From contig CAVYKI010000009.1 in the NCBI GenBank assembly GCA_963769025.1, positions 1 through 64,000 of the forward strand: a stretch of DNA of 64,000 bases. The letters are read 5' to 3'. Below, piece by piece: positions 50,113 through 61,487 of this stretch. How positions within the stretch are numbered: the stretch's first letter is position 1; every line of letters begins with the position of its first letter. The position numbers were made by a program, and so were the translations under genes. This stretch comes from an uncultured Verrucomicrobiae bacterium (GTDB taxonomy: Bacteria > Verrucomicrobiota > Verrucomicrobiia > Chthoniobacterales > Chthoniobacteraceae). The notes beneath the pieces were generated by a model. That model had not been told where the DNA came from. It saw nothing but the letters and a program-made list of their open reading frames with translations, and ran no database searches.

Positions 50113-50757
50113 ATGCGTGTCATCGTAACGTGCGGGCCAAGTTTTGAGCCGATCGACGGCGTGCGCCGGCTGACGAATTTTTCCACGGGAGAACTCGGCC
50201 TGCTGCTCGCGGCGACGCTGAGCCGGGCCGGGCATGACGTGGTCTGCCTGAAGGGAGCGGGCGCGGTGTCGCATGTCGATCCGGGTGGTGCGCGGGTAAT
50301 GGGCTTTTCGACCAATGCGGACTTGCTCCGGCGTCTGCAGGAGATCCGCGAAGAGGGGAGCGGCGCGGTTTTTCATGCGGCGGCATTGTGTGACTACCGG
50401 GTGAAGTCGGTGCGCGGAAGTGATGGCGCGATCTTTAAGGCGGCGAAGGTGCCGTCGCGCGCCGGTGAACTGACCCTGACGTTGGAGCCCGCCGTGAAGC
50501 TGCTGTCCGAACTGCGCGGCATTTTCCCCGCCGCGCGGCTGGTGGGCTGGAAATATGAACTCGACGGGACGCCGGACGATGCGGTGCGGAAGGCGCGGGA
50601 GCAGTTGGCCGCGTGCCGCACGGATGCTTGCGTGGTGAATGGCGCGGCGTGGGGGGCGGGGTTCGGATTCATCGAGTCGGGCCTCGATCCGGTGCGCTTT
50701 GGAGACAAATCCGCTCTGTGCGCCTTCCTCTCGGAGTGGCTCGGCGCGGCAAAATAA
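50113..50757 (+). CDS. coaB: stand-alone phosphopantothenate--cysteine ligase-like (DFP/CoaB domain)
   Basis: VTCGPSFEPIDGVRRLTNFSTG, FHAAALCDY, LVGWKYE, CVVNG. Confidence 0.8.
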   Translation: MRVIVTCGPSFEPIDGVRRLTNFSTGELGLLLAATLSRAGHDVVCLKGAGAVSHVDPGGARVMGFSTNADLLRRLQEIREEGSGAVFHAAALCDYRVKSVRGSDGAIFKAAKVPSRAGELTLTLEPAVKLLSELRGIFPAARLVGWKYELDGTPDDAVRKAREQLAACRTDACVVNGAAWGAGFGFIESGLDPVRFGDKSALCAFLSEWLGAAK

Positions 50758-50796
50758 AGGCACAACTTTTCGCGCATCTCTGGGTTGTATCGGCCA

Positions 50797-51864
50797 ATGA
50801 ATCGACAGAAAAATATCATCGGCGCGACCATTTTGGTCGTGCTGGCCTCCATCGTTTACTGGGTGTGGTCCAATTGGGGCCTCATCACCGTGGATGTGAA
50901 GGACAAGCCTCTCTCGGAAGTCATCCGGAGCATCGAAAAGCAGGGCGGCATCGTGCTGAAGACGAACATGGACGGGGCGAAGCCTGTGTCGATGCGCGTG
51001 ATCAAAGTCCCGCTCACCGAGGCGCTGGAGACACTCGCGGGCGTCACGGATTCGCGCTGGCGGCTGGGGTATTTCTTTGGTCCCGACAGCGGCACGGTGA
51101 AAGGCGCCGTGGAAGCGATCGCGACCGGCAAGCGCCCCGAAGGCTGGAAGAATTTCGATGTGCCGCTTTTTGCCCGTCCGGGCAGTCTCGATGATCAGCC
51201 GGTGCCGCTGGATCCGCGGCGTGACGCATGGACAGTGAAGGAACCGCAGGAGAAGACGCTTCAGGGATTCCTGGAGGCGGCGGCGATGGGTGTATCGGCT
51301 TCATTCGCATGCCCGGAGCAGTTCAATCCCTCGGTGACGAAGGCACCTTCGAGCGGCGCGATCCGGAAATCTGCGCCGCAACTCGCGAAGACCGCGGGAG
51401 CGAAAGTGGAGGAGGTTTTCATGCTGATGGGACGGCCCCAAGGTGCTGAAAGGACGGCGGACGCGGGTGGTGATGAGGACTTTGCGCCCCCCGGCCCGCC
51501 ACGTGGGAGGGGTGGCCCTGGAGGAGGGCCTGGCGGCGGACGCCCGGATGGTGGCCGCGGCGTGACTCCCACGCAGATGCGGGAGCGAGTGCTCGCGGAG
51601 ATCGCGAAGCTGCCGGCGAGCGAGCAGGCGGCGGCCCGGGCGGAGTTCGAGGAGCGCGAGACGCTCTTCACGTCGTTGCGTGATTTGCCTGAGGCGGATC
51701 GCCGGGCCAAAATGGAAGAATTCATGAGCCGACCCGAGGTTCAGGATCGGATGGCGGACCGGCAGACGTTGGGTGGCGAGCGGAAGTCTCCGGCCCAACG
51801 CATCGCCAGGTACCAGAAATACGTGGCTACAAAACAGGCGGCCAAGGCGGCGACGACGAAATGA
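50797..51864 (+). CDS. membrane-anchored hypothetical protein (STN-like N-domain, Gly-rich linker, helical C-terminus)
   Basis: N-terminal TM, ITVDVKDKPLSEVIRSIEKQGG; overlaps the next start codon. Confidence 0.7.
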   Translation: MNRQKNIIGATILVVLASIVYWVWSNWGLITVDVKDKPLSEVIRSIEKQGGIVLKTNMDGAKPVSMRVIKVPLTEALETLAGVTDSRWRLGYFFGPDSGTVKGAVEAIATGKRPEGWKNFDVPLFARPGSLDDQPVPLDPRRDAWTVKEPQEKTLQGFLEAAAMGVSASFACPEQFNPSVTKAPSSGAIRKSAPQLAKTAGAKVEEVFMLMGRPQGAERTADAGGDEDFAPPGPPRGRGGPGGGPGGGRPDGGRGVTPTQMRERVLAEIAKLPASEQAAARAEFEERETLFTSLRDLPEADRRAKMEEFMSRPEVQDRMADRQTLGGERKSPAQRIARYQKYVATKQAAKAATTK

Positions 51865-52460
51865 GGAGGCACAGGATTTTCCCGTCGGCTGGCGGCTTCA
51901 CATTGATCGAATTGCTCTGCGTCATCGCGATCATCGCGATCCTCATGGGTCTCGCCATGCCCGTGTATTCGAATTTCCGCGACAAGACCGATGGCGTGAA
52001 GTGTTCCTCGAACCTTCGGCAGATCGGCGCCGCCCTGCAGGCTTACGTGGGGCAGAATGACGGGCAGTTTCCCGAGATCGAAACGGATCCGAGCAATCCC
52101 GTCTATCCGCCGGAATCGCAGGCCAGGGGCCTGCTGCCGACGCTCGCGGGGAACGGGCTCACCGAGGACGTCGTGAAGTGTCCCGCGGATGTGCGGATTC
52201 CCTCGTACAATTACTTTGCGAAGCGGGGCACAAGCTACGAGTGGGCGCCTTACGTGGATGACGAATTGGAGTCCGCTCCGCAGGTCTTCACGCGACGCGG
52301 GCAAATGTCGGTGCCGATCTCGAAGATCATCGTCTGCTTCGACACGGAGCGGGTCCATGGGATGAAGAGCGACTTCAAGAGCAAAAAGAACTACCTGTAT
52401 GCGGACGGCCACGTCCGGAATTACTGGGAGAGTTCCCCTCGCTCGAAGCCGAAAAATTAG
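51861..52460 (+). CDS. prepilin-type N-terminal cleavage/methylation protein with H-X9-DG-like C-terminus
   Basis: GFTLIELLCVIAIIAIL, CSSNLRQIG, KCPAD, H...NYLYADGHV. Confidence 0.9.
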   Translation: MRRHRIFPSAGGFTLIELLCVIAIIAILMGLAMPVYSNFRDKTDGVKCSSNLRQIGAALQAYVGQNDGQFPEIETDPSNPVYPPESQARGLLPTLAGNGLTEDVVKCPADVRIPSYNYFAKRGTSYEWAPYVDDELESAPQVFTRRGQMSVPISKIIVCFDTERVHGMKSDFKSKKNYLYADGHVRNYWESSPRSKPKN

Positions 52461-52557
52461 CGGCTGGAAATCTTCCGGGAACCGCCCATTCTCAGCGGAC
52501 CCTGCGGCGCTCCCCCCCGACTAACAAGCATCCCCGCGCCGGGTAAGATACAACACC

Positions 52558-54057
52558 ATGGAAATTTTCATCATCCGGGAAGGCCGTCAGACCGGGCCCT
52601 TCAGCAACGAAGCCGTGAAGGCGCAACTGAACGACGGAAGCGTGCGGCCGAGCGATCTGGCATGGCGCAAGGGAATGGCCGAATGGGGACCGCTGAACGA
52701 GGTGCTCAAGGCGGTTGCCGACCCCGCAGCCGACGCTGCGGCAATGCTGCCCGCCGCCGATCAAATTCCGAATGGAGTGACGGAAAAACGCGGTACGGCG
52801 ACCGCAAAGCAGAAGGCATTTCTCAAGTACCTCGGTGCGGAATTTGACGAGGGAATCGCAAGGGAACGGGCCGCGCTCGCCATCAGCGATGCGCTGGAGA
52901 ATCCCAAGCTCCAACCGCGCATCCGCAAATGGCAGGACGAGAAGCTGCGGCTGCACGGAGACGTGTTTCAGGACGAGATCGATTACCGCAGGGCGAACCG
53001 TTCGAACCGATATCTGGAACGCATCCAGACCGAGGGTTCCGAGATGCTCAAGGACGTGACGAAGGCGCACGTGCAGGTGCTGGTCGAGTCGCTCGACAAG
53101 CGGCACCCCGGTTGGGAGACCGAGCGGGAGTCAGCGCTGTGGGATTACCTCGTCCCGGCGGTCGGCGAACATTTTCCGCAGCTTGTGCTGCCGGACTTCA
53201 AGAACAGGCTGAAGCAGGGGGCCAGCGGCCTGGCAAGAAGCGGCAGCGGAGTGACACGGAGCACGCTCGCCGCGGCAGGCGTCGCGATGACACCGCCCGC
53301 GAGATCCAGCACGCTCGGAGCGATGCTGCGCGGCGTCTTGCTGGGAGCCATCGCTCTCGGCGCGATCGTCGCCGGTCATCACTATTGGCAGCGATCAAAC
53401 GGCAAGGGAGTTGCGCCAGTCGCAGGCACACCGGGGCCTGCTGCTCCGGAGAAAAGTGAAACTCCGCCGGCTCCGAACGATCCCGCTCCGAAGGAGCCGG
53501 CCGTACAGCCCCCGGACAAGCTCATCGCCGAGGCCAAGGTTCCCGACGCCGCACCGGAAATCCCTCCTGCACCCGCACCGCCAGTACCCGCGACGGCACC
53601 GATCGCGCCGAACGAACCGGCTGCTCCGCCCGTTCCGCCGATGACTGCCGAAAAGCCTGCGGAACCCGTGCCCATGGAAAAGCCAGCGGCACCTGAGGAA
53701 AAACCAGCCACTCCCGCGGTGCCCGCCGCGCCCGCGGAGGCGTCCGCCATGACACCGCCGCCCGCCGTGCCTGCGGCCCCTCGCACTGCGGTGAAATTGA
53801 TCCAAGGGATCGGCGTCATGCTGCCAAATGGACAGGTCACGCTGCCGGCCGGCACACCGCTCCGCTACCTCGGCACCGAGGGGCCGAACGTGCGCGTCTC
53901 TTGGAATAACAACGTCTTCTTCGTCCCGGCACTTGCGACCGACGTGAATGAGCCTGTCCCCGTTTCGCCCGAGCCTTCGGCGACGCCGCCCGTGCCCGCG
54001 ACGGCGCCCGCCACTCCGATGGCGCCGACGCCGAAGAAGCCGGCAGACGATCTGTAA
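52558..54057 (+). CDS. GYF_2 (DUF4339) domain membrane protein with a Pro/Ala-rich periplasmic part
   Basis: REGRQTGPF...DLAWRKGMAEWGPL; ATAKQKAFL; one TM. Confidence 0.82.
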   Translation: MEIFIIREGRQTGPFSNEAVKAQLNDGSVRPSDLAWRKGMAEWGPLNEVLKAVADPAADAAAMLPAADQIPNGVTEKRGTATAKQKAFLKYLGAEFDEGIARERAALAISDALENPKLQPRIRKWQDEKLRLHGDVFQDEIDYRRANRSNRYLERIQTEGSEMLKDVTKAHVQVLVESLDKRHPGWETERESALWDYLVPAVGEHFPQLVLPDFKNRLKQGASGLARSGSGVTRSTLAAAGVAMTPPARSSTLGAMLRGVLLGAIALGAIVAGHHYWQRSNGKGVAPVAGTPGPAAPEKSETPPAPNDPAPKEPAVQPPDKLIAEAKVPDAAPEIPPAPAPPVPATAPIAPNEPAAPPVPPMTAEKPAEPVPMEKPAAPEEKPATPAVPAAPAEASAMTPPPAVPAAPRTAVKLIQGIGVMLPNGQVTLPAGTPLRYLGTEGPNVRVSWNNNVFFVPALATDVNEPVPVSPEPSATPPVPATAPATPMAPTPKKPADDL

Positions 54058-54185
54058 CCCGCATGGTGGGGCGCTCGCGCCGAGAGCGCCCTCACATCCG
54101 CGGATTTGAGCGCTCCCCCGGCGAAAGCGACGTAGCAAAACGCCTTGCCCACAACGCGCGGAACACGGATAACGCGCGCCCTTTT

Positions 54186-55499
54186 ATGGAACTCTGCATC
54201 ATTGGATCCGGCTACGTCGGTCTCGTCACAGGCGCCTGCTTCGCTGAAGTCGGCCATCACGTCATCTGCGTCGACAACGACCAGCGCAAGGTGGACATGC
54301 TCCAGGCTGGCAAAATCCCGATCTACGAGCCGGGCCTCGAGGAACTCGTGCACCGGAATGTCGGCGCGAAGCGGCTGCGCTTCACCACCTCCACGCAGGA
54401 GGGCGTGGACAACAGCCAGGTCGTCTTCATCGCCGTGCCCACGCCGCCGCAGCCGGATGGCTCGGTGGATATGACCTTCATCGAAAAGGTCGCGCGCGAA
54501 ATCTCCGCCGCGCTCAAGCCCGGCCAGTACCGCGTCATCGTGGACAAGAGCACCGTGCCCGTGAAAACCGGCGAGCGCGTCGCCGCCACCATCCGCCGCT
54601 ACAATCCCGCCGCCGATTTCGACGTTGTCTCGAATCCCGAATTCCTCCGCGAAGGCTGTGCCGTGGCCGACCTCATGAAGCCCGACCGCATCGTCGTCGG
54701 CACCTCGAGCGAGCGCGCCACGGACTGCATGCAGCGCGTTTATAATCCGTTCAAGGCGCCCGTCCTCGTCACCGACGTGAACAGCGCCGAGCTGATCAAG
54801 CACGCGGCCAACTCATTCCTTTCGCTCAAAATCAGCTACGTGAATGCCCTCAGCGCCATCTGCGAGGCGAGCGGCGCGGATGTCGAACTCGTGGCCGACG
54901 GCATCGGCATGGACCGGCGCATCGGCCGTCAATTTCTCAACGCCGGCCTCGGCTACGGCGGCTCGTGCTTCCCGAAGGACGTGAAGGCATTCATCGCCAT
55001 CGCCGACGAACTCGGCACGCCGTTCACGCTGCTCAAGGAAGTCGAGCGCATCAACGCCGCGCAGATGGAGCGCTTCCTGAAAAAACTCCGCGACGGCCTG
55101 TGGGTGCTGAAGGAAAAGAAAATCGCCGTGTGGGGCCTCACCTTCAAGCCCGACACCGACGACGTGCGCAACTCGCTCGCGATCGATCTCGTGAACCGTC
55201 TCGTCGCCGAGGGCGCACACGTCACCGCCTACGATCCGAAGGGCATGGAAAAGGCCATCGAGTGGAAGCTCATCCCCGAGAGCGTGAAGCTCGCGAAGAC
55301 CCCGCTCGAAGCCGTCACTGGAGCCGAGGCACTCGTCCTCGCCACCGAGTGGAAGGAATTCGCCAACGTGGACTTCGCCGAGGTGAAAGCCGCCATGCAC
55401 ACCCCGCTCGTCTTCGACGGCCGCAATCTTTTCGATCCTGCCACGATGAAGGAACTTGGCTTCCTCTACCACGGCATCGGACGGCAGCCGGTGAAGTAG
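54186..55499 (+). CDS. ugd: UDP-glucose 6-dehydrogenase
   Basis: IGSGYVGL, IAVPTP, DKSTVP, SNPEFLREG, GYGGSCFPKD, FKPDTDD. Confidence 0.95.
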   Translation: MELCIIGSGYVGLVTGACFAEVGHHVICVDNDQRKVDMLQAGKIPIYEPGLEELVHRNVGAKRLRFTTSTQEGVDNSQVVFIAVPTPPQPDGSVDMTFIEKVAREISAALKPGQYRVIVDKSTVPVKTGERVAATIRRYNPAADFDVVSNPEFLREGCAVADLMKPDRIVVGTSSERATDCMQRVYNPFKAPVLVTDVNSAELIKHAANSFLSLKISYVNALSAICEASGADVELVADGIGMDRRIGRQFLNAGLGYGGSCFPKDVKAFIAIADELGTPFTLLKEVERINAAQMERFLKKLRDGLWVLKEKKIAVWGLTFKPDTDDVRNSLAIDLVNRLVAEGAHVTAYDPKGMEKAIEWKLIPESVKLAKTPLEAVTGAEALVLATEWKEFANVDFAEVKAAMHTPLVFDGRNLFDPATMKELGFLYHGIGRQPVK

Positions 55500-55517
55500 G
55501 AGGGCAGGCGGGAGAGT

Positions 55518-58500
55518 TCAGATTCCGCCGAGCGTCCTGAGCCGCTGGGCGGAGACCGGCTGCGCGGTGCCGAGTTCCTGCGCGAAAAGCGAGACGCGGA
55601 ATTCCTCCAGCAGCCAGCGGAACGGCTCGCGGTTGTCAGCGGGCACGCGCTTTTCCCAATCGCGAAATGGCGCAAGCTGCTGCGCCTTCTCGGCGTCCTT
55701 GGCGGGGTTGAGCGAGGCGCGTTCGGCGCGGACCTGGACCGCGCGGAGGTAGCGATGAAGATGCGCCAGGCGCGTGTGCGGTGTGCGCGCGAGAAAATCG
55801 GCGGGCATCAGGCGCGCGACGTCCTGCTCAAGCCCGGCGTAGCGCTTCGGGCTGCGCGAGCACGGCCTGCCGGAGCGCGAGGAGCTGGCGCACCCAGTCG
55901 CCGAGCCGGTGCGTCAGCGCGGGCAGTTCGCGATGCGCTGATTCCGTGAGGGCTTGGAAACGCGCGGCGGTGAGCGGAAAGATGGGCGCGAGCGTGAGGG
56001 CGTGAGCGAGCAGATGCTCGTATGCGGTTTTTTGGAGGATGTCGGCGGTGATGAACGGGCCTGCCGGAGTGCTGCAGCTTCACACTCATCTGCTGGAGCG
56101 CATCGTGAAAGTTGTTTGCCTGCCGGCCCGGAACCGGGATGTGCCGCGCGAGCCCCGCGAGTTCCTTCCACAGCCAGGCGAGGTCGCGGGCGATCGCCAA
56201 TTCCGCCAGCCGACGCACACCCGCGACCGAAGCGCGCTCCGCGTCCTCGCGCTTGCGGAACAGGCGCACGTTCACCGCGCTGTCGCGCAGTTCCAGTCCC
56301 GGATACGCGAGCAGCGGCGCGCCGCCGACATTCCTCGACGACGATGGACTCCGGCAGATCGCCGAACGACCACGCCGCCACGCCTCGCCGTTCCCACTGC
56401 CGCGCGGCCTTTTCCCACGCGCCGGAGCGGACATCGCGGCTCTCCACCGCCGCCTGGATCGCCGCGAGATCGCGGCCTGCGGCCACCGTCTTGTTGCCGC
56501 GATCGACGACTTCCACGCGCGGCTGCAAGTGCGCGGGCAGGCTCTGCGGCGGCCAGTCCGCCGCGCGCACGGGCTGACGCGATATTTCCGCGTGAGAAAC
56601 TCCGCGAGCGCCGTGAGGAAGTCCTCGCGGCCCGGCTGAAACTCCGCCGCGACCTCGCGGATTTTCGGCTCCAGCGGCATGAGCGTTTTGCGCACGGTTT
56701 TCGGCAGCGCGCGCAGCAGCACGGCGATCTGCTCCTCGCGCAGGCCGGGGACCATCCATTGGAGTTGGCCGCTGGTGAGGTGCTGCGGCGACGGGCAGCG
56801 GCACGCGCACGGTCACGCCGTCCGTCTCCTCGCCGGGCGTGTAGGCGTAGGTCAGCGGCAGCGCGGTGTTGCCGAAGCGACACTTGGTCGGGAAACAGCG
56901 CGCGGTCGTAGGTCGCGTCGTCATCGCCGATGAGGTCGGCCTCCGTCGCGCAGAGAAAATCCGGCTCGCGCGTGATGCGCGCGCGCACGAGTGCGATTCA
57001 GATCATGCACCGAGGAGACGCCCGTCGATGCGCTCGGCGTAGAAAAGGTAGAGCGATTCATCGAGATCATGCGCGCGCCGGCTGCGCACGCGCGTGAGCG
57101 CGGTCTCGATCTTCTCGCGCACCTTGTGGTTTTCGGCGAAGAACCGGTGCGGGAGCTTCGCCTCCTCCGCGACCAGCGCGCCGCGGATGAACAGCTCCGT
57201 GGCCTCGGCGGGCTCGATGCGCCCGTAGTCCACGTGCCGCCGCGAGATTTCCAGCCCATGCACCAGCACGCGCTCGAGCACGAGCACGCGCCCGGCCTTC
57301 GCGCTCCAGTGCGGCTCGGTGTAGCGGAAGTGGCAGAGGTGCGCGCCGAGCTCGATGCACCCACTCCGGGATTGATGCCCGCCACCGTGCGCGCGAAGAG
57401 CTGCGACGTCTCCACGATCTCGCCCGCGACGATCCACGGCGGCTGCTTGCTCTTCGTCCTCGGGCTTCGCGGAGCGGCGCCTTTGCGCGGCTTCTCCCGG
57501 CGCTCGTAGAGATTCGATCCGGGGAAAAGCGTCACCAGCCGGTTGCCCGAGGCCTTGTAGGTATTGCGCTCCTGCCGCTGCGCGATCTGCCCGAGCAGAC
57601 CGGCGAGCACCGAGCGATGAATCGCGGCGTAGCTCGCGTCTGCGCGGGTCGTTGTTCGCAGGCGGGCACCGGCCTGCGGTTCCGGCCTGGGCGCATCGTC
57701 CTCCACGGCATCGGCGAGCTGGCGGTGGATGTCGCGCCACTCGCGCATGCGCGACTGGGAGAGGAAGTTCGCTTTGCAGAAACGCCGCAGCGCATTGCGC
57801 GCTGCCCTTCGTCTCCGGCTCCGGCGCCGCGCGCCAGATATTCAGCAGGGAGAGGAAATCCGAATCGGGATCGGCGAAGACGCGATGCGCCGCGGCGGCC
57901 GGCTTCCTTCTGCTCCTCCGGCCGCTCGCGCGGATCGGGCACGCTCAGCCCGGCGGCGATGATCGAGCATCTCCGGCAGCGCCTTCTCCTGCCGCGCCTG
58001 GAGCAGCATGCGGCCGAGCGTGGGATCGACCGGCAGCCGCGCCAGTTCGCGCCCGAGCGGCGTCAGTTCGTTCGTGTCATTGAGCGCGCCGAGTTCGTGC
58101 AGGAGCGTGTAGCCCGCGCGGATGGCGGCGGCGTGCGGGCGGATTGAGGAAGGGGAACGTCTCGATCTCGCCGAGCCGGAACGCCTTCATCCGCAGGATG
58201 ACCTCCGCGAGATTCGCGCGCTGGATTTCCGGCTGCGTGAAGCGCGGGCGCTTCTCAAAATCCTCCTGCGTCGTAGAGCCGGATGCAGATGCCGTCCTGC
58301 ACGCGGCCCGCGCGGCCCGGCGCGCTGATTCGCGCTGCTCTGCGAGATCGTCCTCGACCGGCAGGCGCTTCGTGCGCGTGCGCGGATTGTAGCGGCTCAT
58401 GCGCGCGAGCCCGGCATCGATGACGTAGCGGATGCGCGGCAGCGTGAGCGAGGTCTCCGCGATATTCGTCGCCACGATCACGCGCCGCCGCGGGCCCGGC

Positions 58501-59351
58501 GCGAAGATGCGCTGCTGCTCCGCGGCCGGCATGCGCCCGAAAAGCCCGATCACCTCGATGCCCGCGCCGAGGCTGCCCTCCAGCAGTTCGCGCGTGTCGC
58601 GGATGTCGCGCTCGGTCGGCATGAAGACGAGCACGTCGCCGGCGTCCGATTCGATGAGCGCATCCTCCGTCGCGCGCACCGCGGCCTCGATGTGGCTCAA
58701 CTCGTCCGTCATCGTCGTCCTTCGCGTGCGACTCGATCGGCGCGTAGCGGATCTCCACCGGCCAGAGCCGCCCCGAGACCTCGATGATCGGCGCGCCGCC
58801 AAACGCCTGCGAGAACGCCTCCGTGTCGATCGTCGCCGAGGTGATGATCAGCTTCAGGTCGCGCGCGCCTGCTGCAGCAGCCCCTGCAGATAGCCGAGCA
58901 GGAAATCGATGTTGAGCGAGCGCTCGTGCGCCTCGTCGAGGATGAGCGCGGAATACGCGCGCAGCATCGGGTCGCTCTGGATCTCCGCGAGCAGGATGCC
59001 GTCGGTCATGAACTTGATCCGCGTGTCGCGCCCGGTGTCGTCGTTGAAGCGCATCTTGCAGCCCACCTCGCGGCCCCACGTCACGCCGAGCTCCTCCGCC
59101 ACGCGCCGCGAGACGCTCAGCGCCGCCACGCGCCGCGGCTGCGTGCAGCCGATCCGCCCGCGCTCCGCCAGCCCGGCCTCCAGGCACATCTTCGGCAGCT
59201 GCGTCGTCTTTCCCGAGCCCGTCTCGCCCGCCACGACCACCACCTGATGCTCGCGCAACGCCGCGACGATCTCCTCGCGCCGCGCGCTGATCGGGAGGTC
59301 TTCCGGATATCGGATCACGGGCGCTCGTCCTTGAGTCGTCACTGGTGGCAA
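55518..59351 (-). CDS. hrpA: ATP-dependent RNA helicase HrpA (many apparent frameshifts)
   Basis: [55 protein letters not shown]-terminal [17 protein letters not shown]. Confidence 0.92.
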
Positions 59352-59486
59352 TCGTGTGGCATTCCTTCGAACTTGCGTGCGAAGTCACCCGCAACGCAAC
59401 CGCGAGTTGCCTCGCAGTCGCCATGGGTATTCACGTTTCGCTCGCGCGCAGGGGATGCCTCTGTAGGTTCCCGGGCTTTTCGTCCC

Positions 59487-61036
59487 ATGTCAGCCAAACC
59501 GATCAAGCCCGCCGCACCGAGCGCGGAAGAACTGAAAGCCGCCGTCGAGTTGCTGGAGCGGGTGGCCCGCGACCGGGCGCTGCTCGCCGGACTGCCTGAG
59601 GAGGAAAGGACGAGGCTGGTGCAGGCGGCGGGCGAGGTCTTTTGCCCGGATCTGCGCGAACGTCGCAGGCTGGTGAAAGCGAAGACGCGGCAGCGTAAGA
59701 CCGAGCAGCTCCAGCGCGATCAAGGCCAGCTCGCCGAGACGGGCATCCGCAAGCTGCGGAAGGAAAAGGTTTTCACGACGCCGAATGTTTTTCCGCCGCT
59801 GGACTTCCAGCAGGTGGAAGTGGAGGGCGACGCGGAATTCCGCGAAGTCGTCGAGCCGCAGAACTGCTACATCTGCAAACAGGACTACTCGGCGATTCAC
59901 CATTTCTACGACCAGCTTTGCCCGGCATGCGCGGAGCTGAATTTCCGCAAACGCAGCGAGACCGCGGATCTGCGCGGGCGCGTGGCGCTGCTCACGGGCG
60001 GTCGCGTGAAGATCGGCTACCAGGCGGGCATCAAGCTGTTGCGAGCTGGCGCGCATTTGATCGTGAGCACGCGCTTCCCACGCGATTCGGCGGCGCGCTA
60101 TGCGCAGGAGCCGGACTTTGCGGAATGGGGGGATCGGCTGGAGATCTTCGGACTCGATCTGCGCCACACGCCGAGCGTGGAGGCATTCTGCCGGCATCTG
60201 CTCGCGACGCGACAGCGGCTGGATTTCATCATCAACAACGCCTGTCAGACCGTTCGTCGTCCGCCGGATTTTTACGAGCACATGATGAAGGGCGAAACCG
60301 CGTCGCTCGACGAGATGCCGGAGAATGCGCGCCATCTGCTCGGCGCGTACGAAGGTCTGCGTGGCTACCACATGCTGCCCGAGGTCGATCGCGCGCTGGC
60401 CGAGCGGCGCATCTCGGAAGTCGCCGGACTCACGCACGCCGCGGCGCTGTCGCAGGTGCCGCTGCTGCCGGATGAATTTGCGGCGCAGAAGGATCTCTTC
60501 CCGGAGGGCCGTCTCGACCAGGACTTGCAGCAGGTCGATCTGCGCGAGCGCAACTCATGGCGGCTGATGCTCGCCGAGGTGCCGGCCGTGGAACTGCTGG
60601 AGGTGCAGCTCGTGAATGCCATCGCGCCTTTCATCCTGAACGCCCGGCTGAAGCCGCTCATGCTGCGCACGCCCGGAGCGCGACAAGCACATCGTGAATG
60701 TCTCCGCCGTCGAGGGGCAGTTCTACCGCAAGTTTCAAGACGACGCGGCATCCGCACACGAACATGGCCAAGGCCGCGCTCAACATGATGACGCGCACCT
60801 CGGCCGCGGATTACCTCGCCGATGGCATCCACATGAACAGCGTGGACACCGGCTGGGTGACGGACGAAGACCCCGCGCACATCGCTGCGCGCAAGGTCGA
60901 GGAACATCGCTTCCATCCGCCGCTCGACATCGTGGACGGCGCGGCGCGGATCGTGGATCCGATCATCGCCGGCTTCAACACTGGCGAGCACGTGTGGGGA
61001 AAATTCCTGAAGGACTACAAGCCCGCACACTGGTAG
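59487..61036 (+). CDS. extended SDR oxidoreductase with an N-terminal CxxC...CxxC module (frameshifts near 60680-60735)
   Basis: [63 protein letters not shown]. Confidence 0.85.
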
Positions 61037-61255
61037 CAGGGCGGGGGGAGCTCGGAAGCAAGGAGCTTGGCGAGCGTCAGAATGCCATGTGCTCCCGAAT
61101 CCGCGATTGCGTGAATGACGCACGGCGCTAAGGTCGGCGCGCCGTCGGGTTGCGTTGCTGTGCATTTGCGCAACGCTGCGATGCCGCGGCAGGAAATCAG
61201 CGCGTGATTCCGGGAAAATTACCGGAATCGCTTCAGCGGAACATCCTGTGAAGAA

Positions 61256-61337
61256 GCCGGGGTGGCGAAATTGGCAGACGCGCCAGACTTAGGATCTGGT
61301 GGAGCAATCCGTAGGGGTTCGAGTCCCCTCCCCGGTA
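61256..61337 (+). tRNA. tRNA-Leu (anticodon TAG), CCA not encoded
   Basis: GCCGGGG/CCCCGGT-A acceptor; anticodon arm CCAGA-CTTAGGA-TCTGG; long variable arm; TTCGAGT. Confidence 0.96.
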
Positions 61338-61487
61338 CCTCCCCTGGAGAAAGAGGGAGGCGAGTTGTCGGCCACCCATATCCCAAAAGCTGCGGAGTCG
61401 CATATCGAGAGCCTGCCGCTCCCTCAATTCCTGAGTGATGAGGCTCCCTCACAGTAATAGGAAGAGAAGGCAGCGCTTCTCGTGTTG

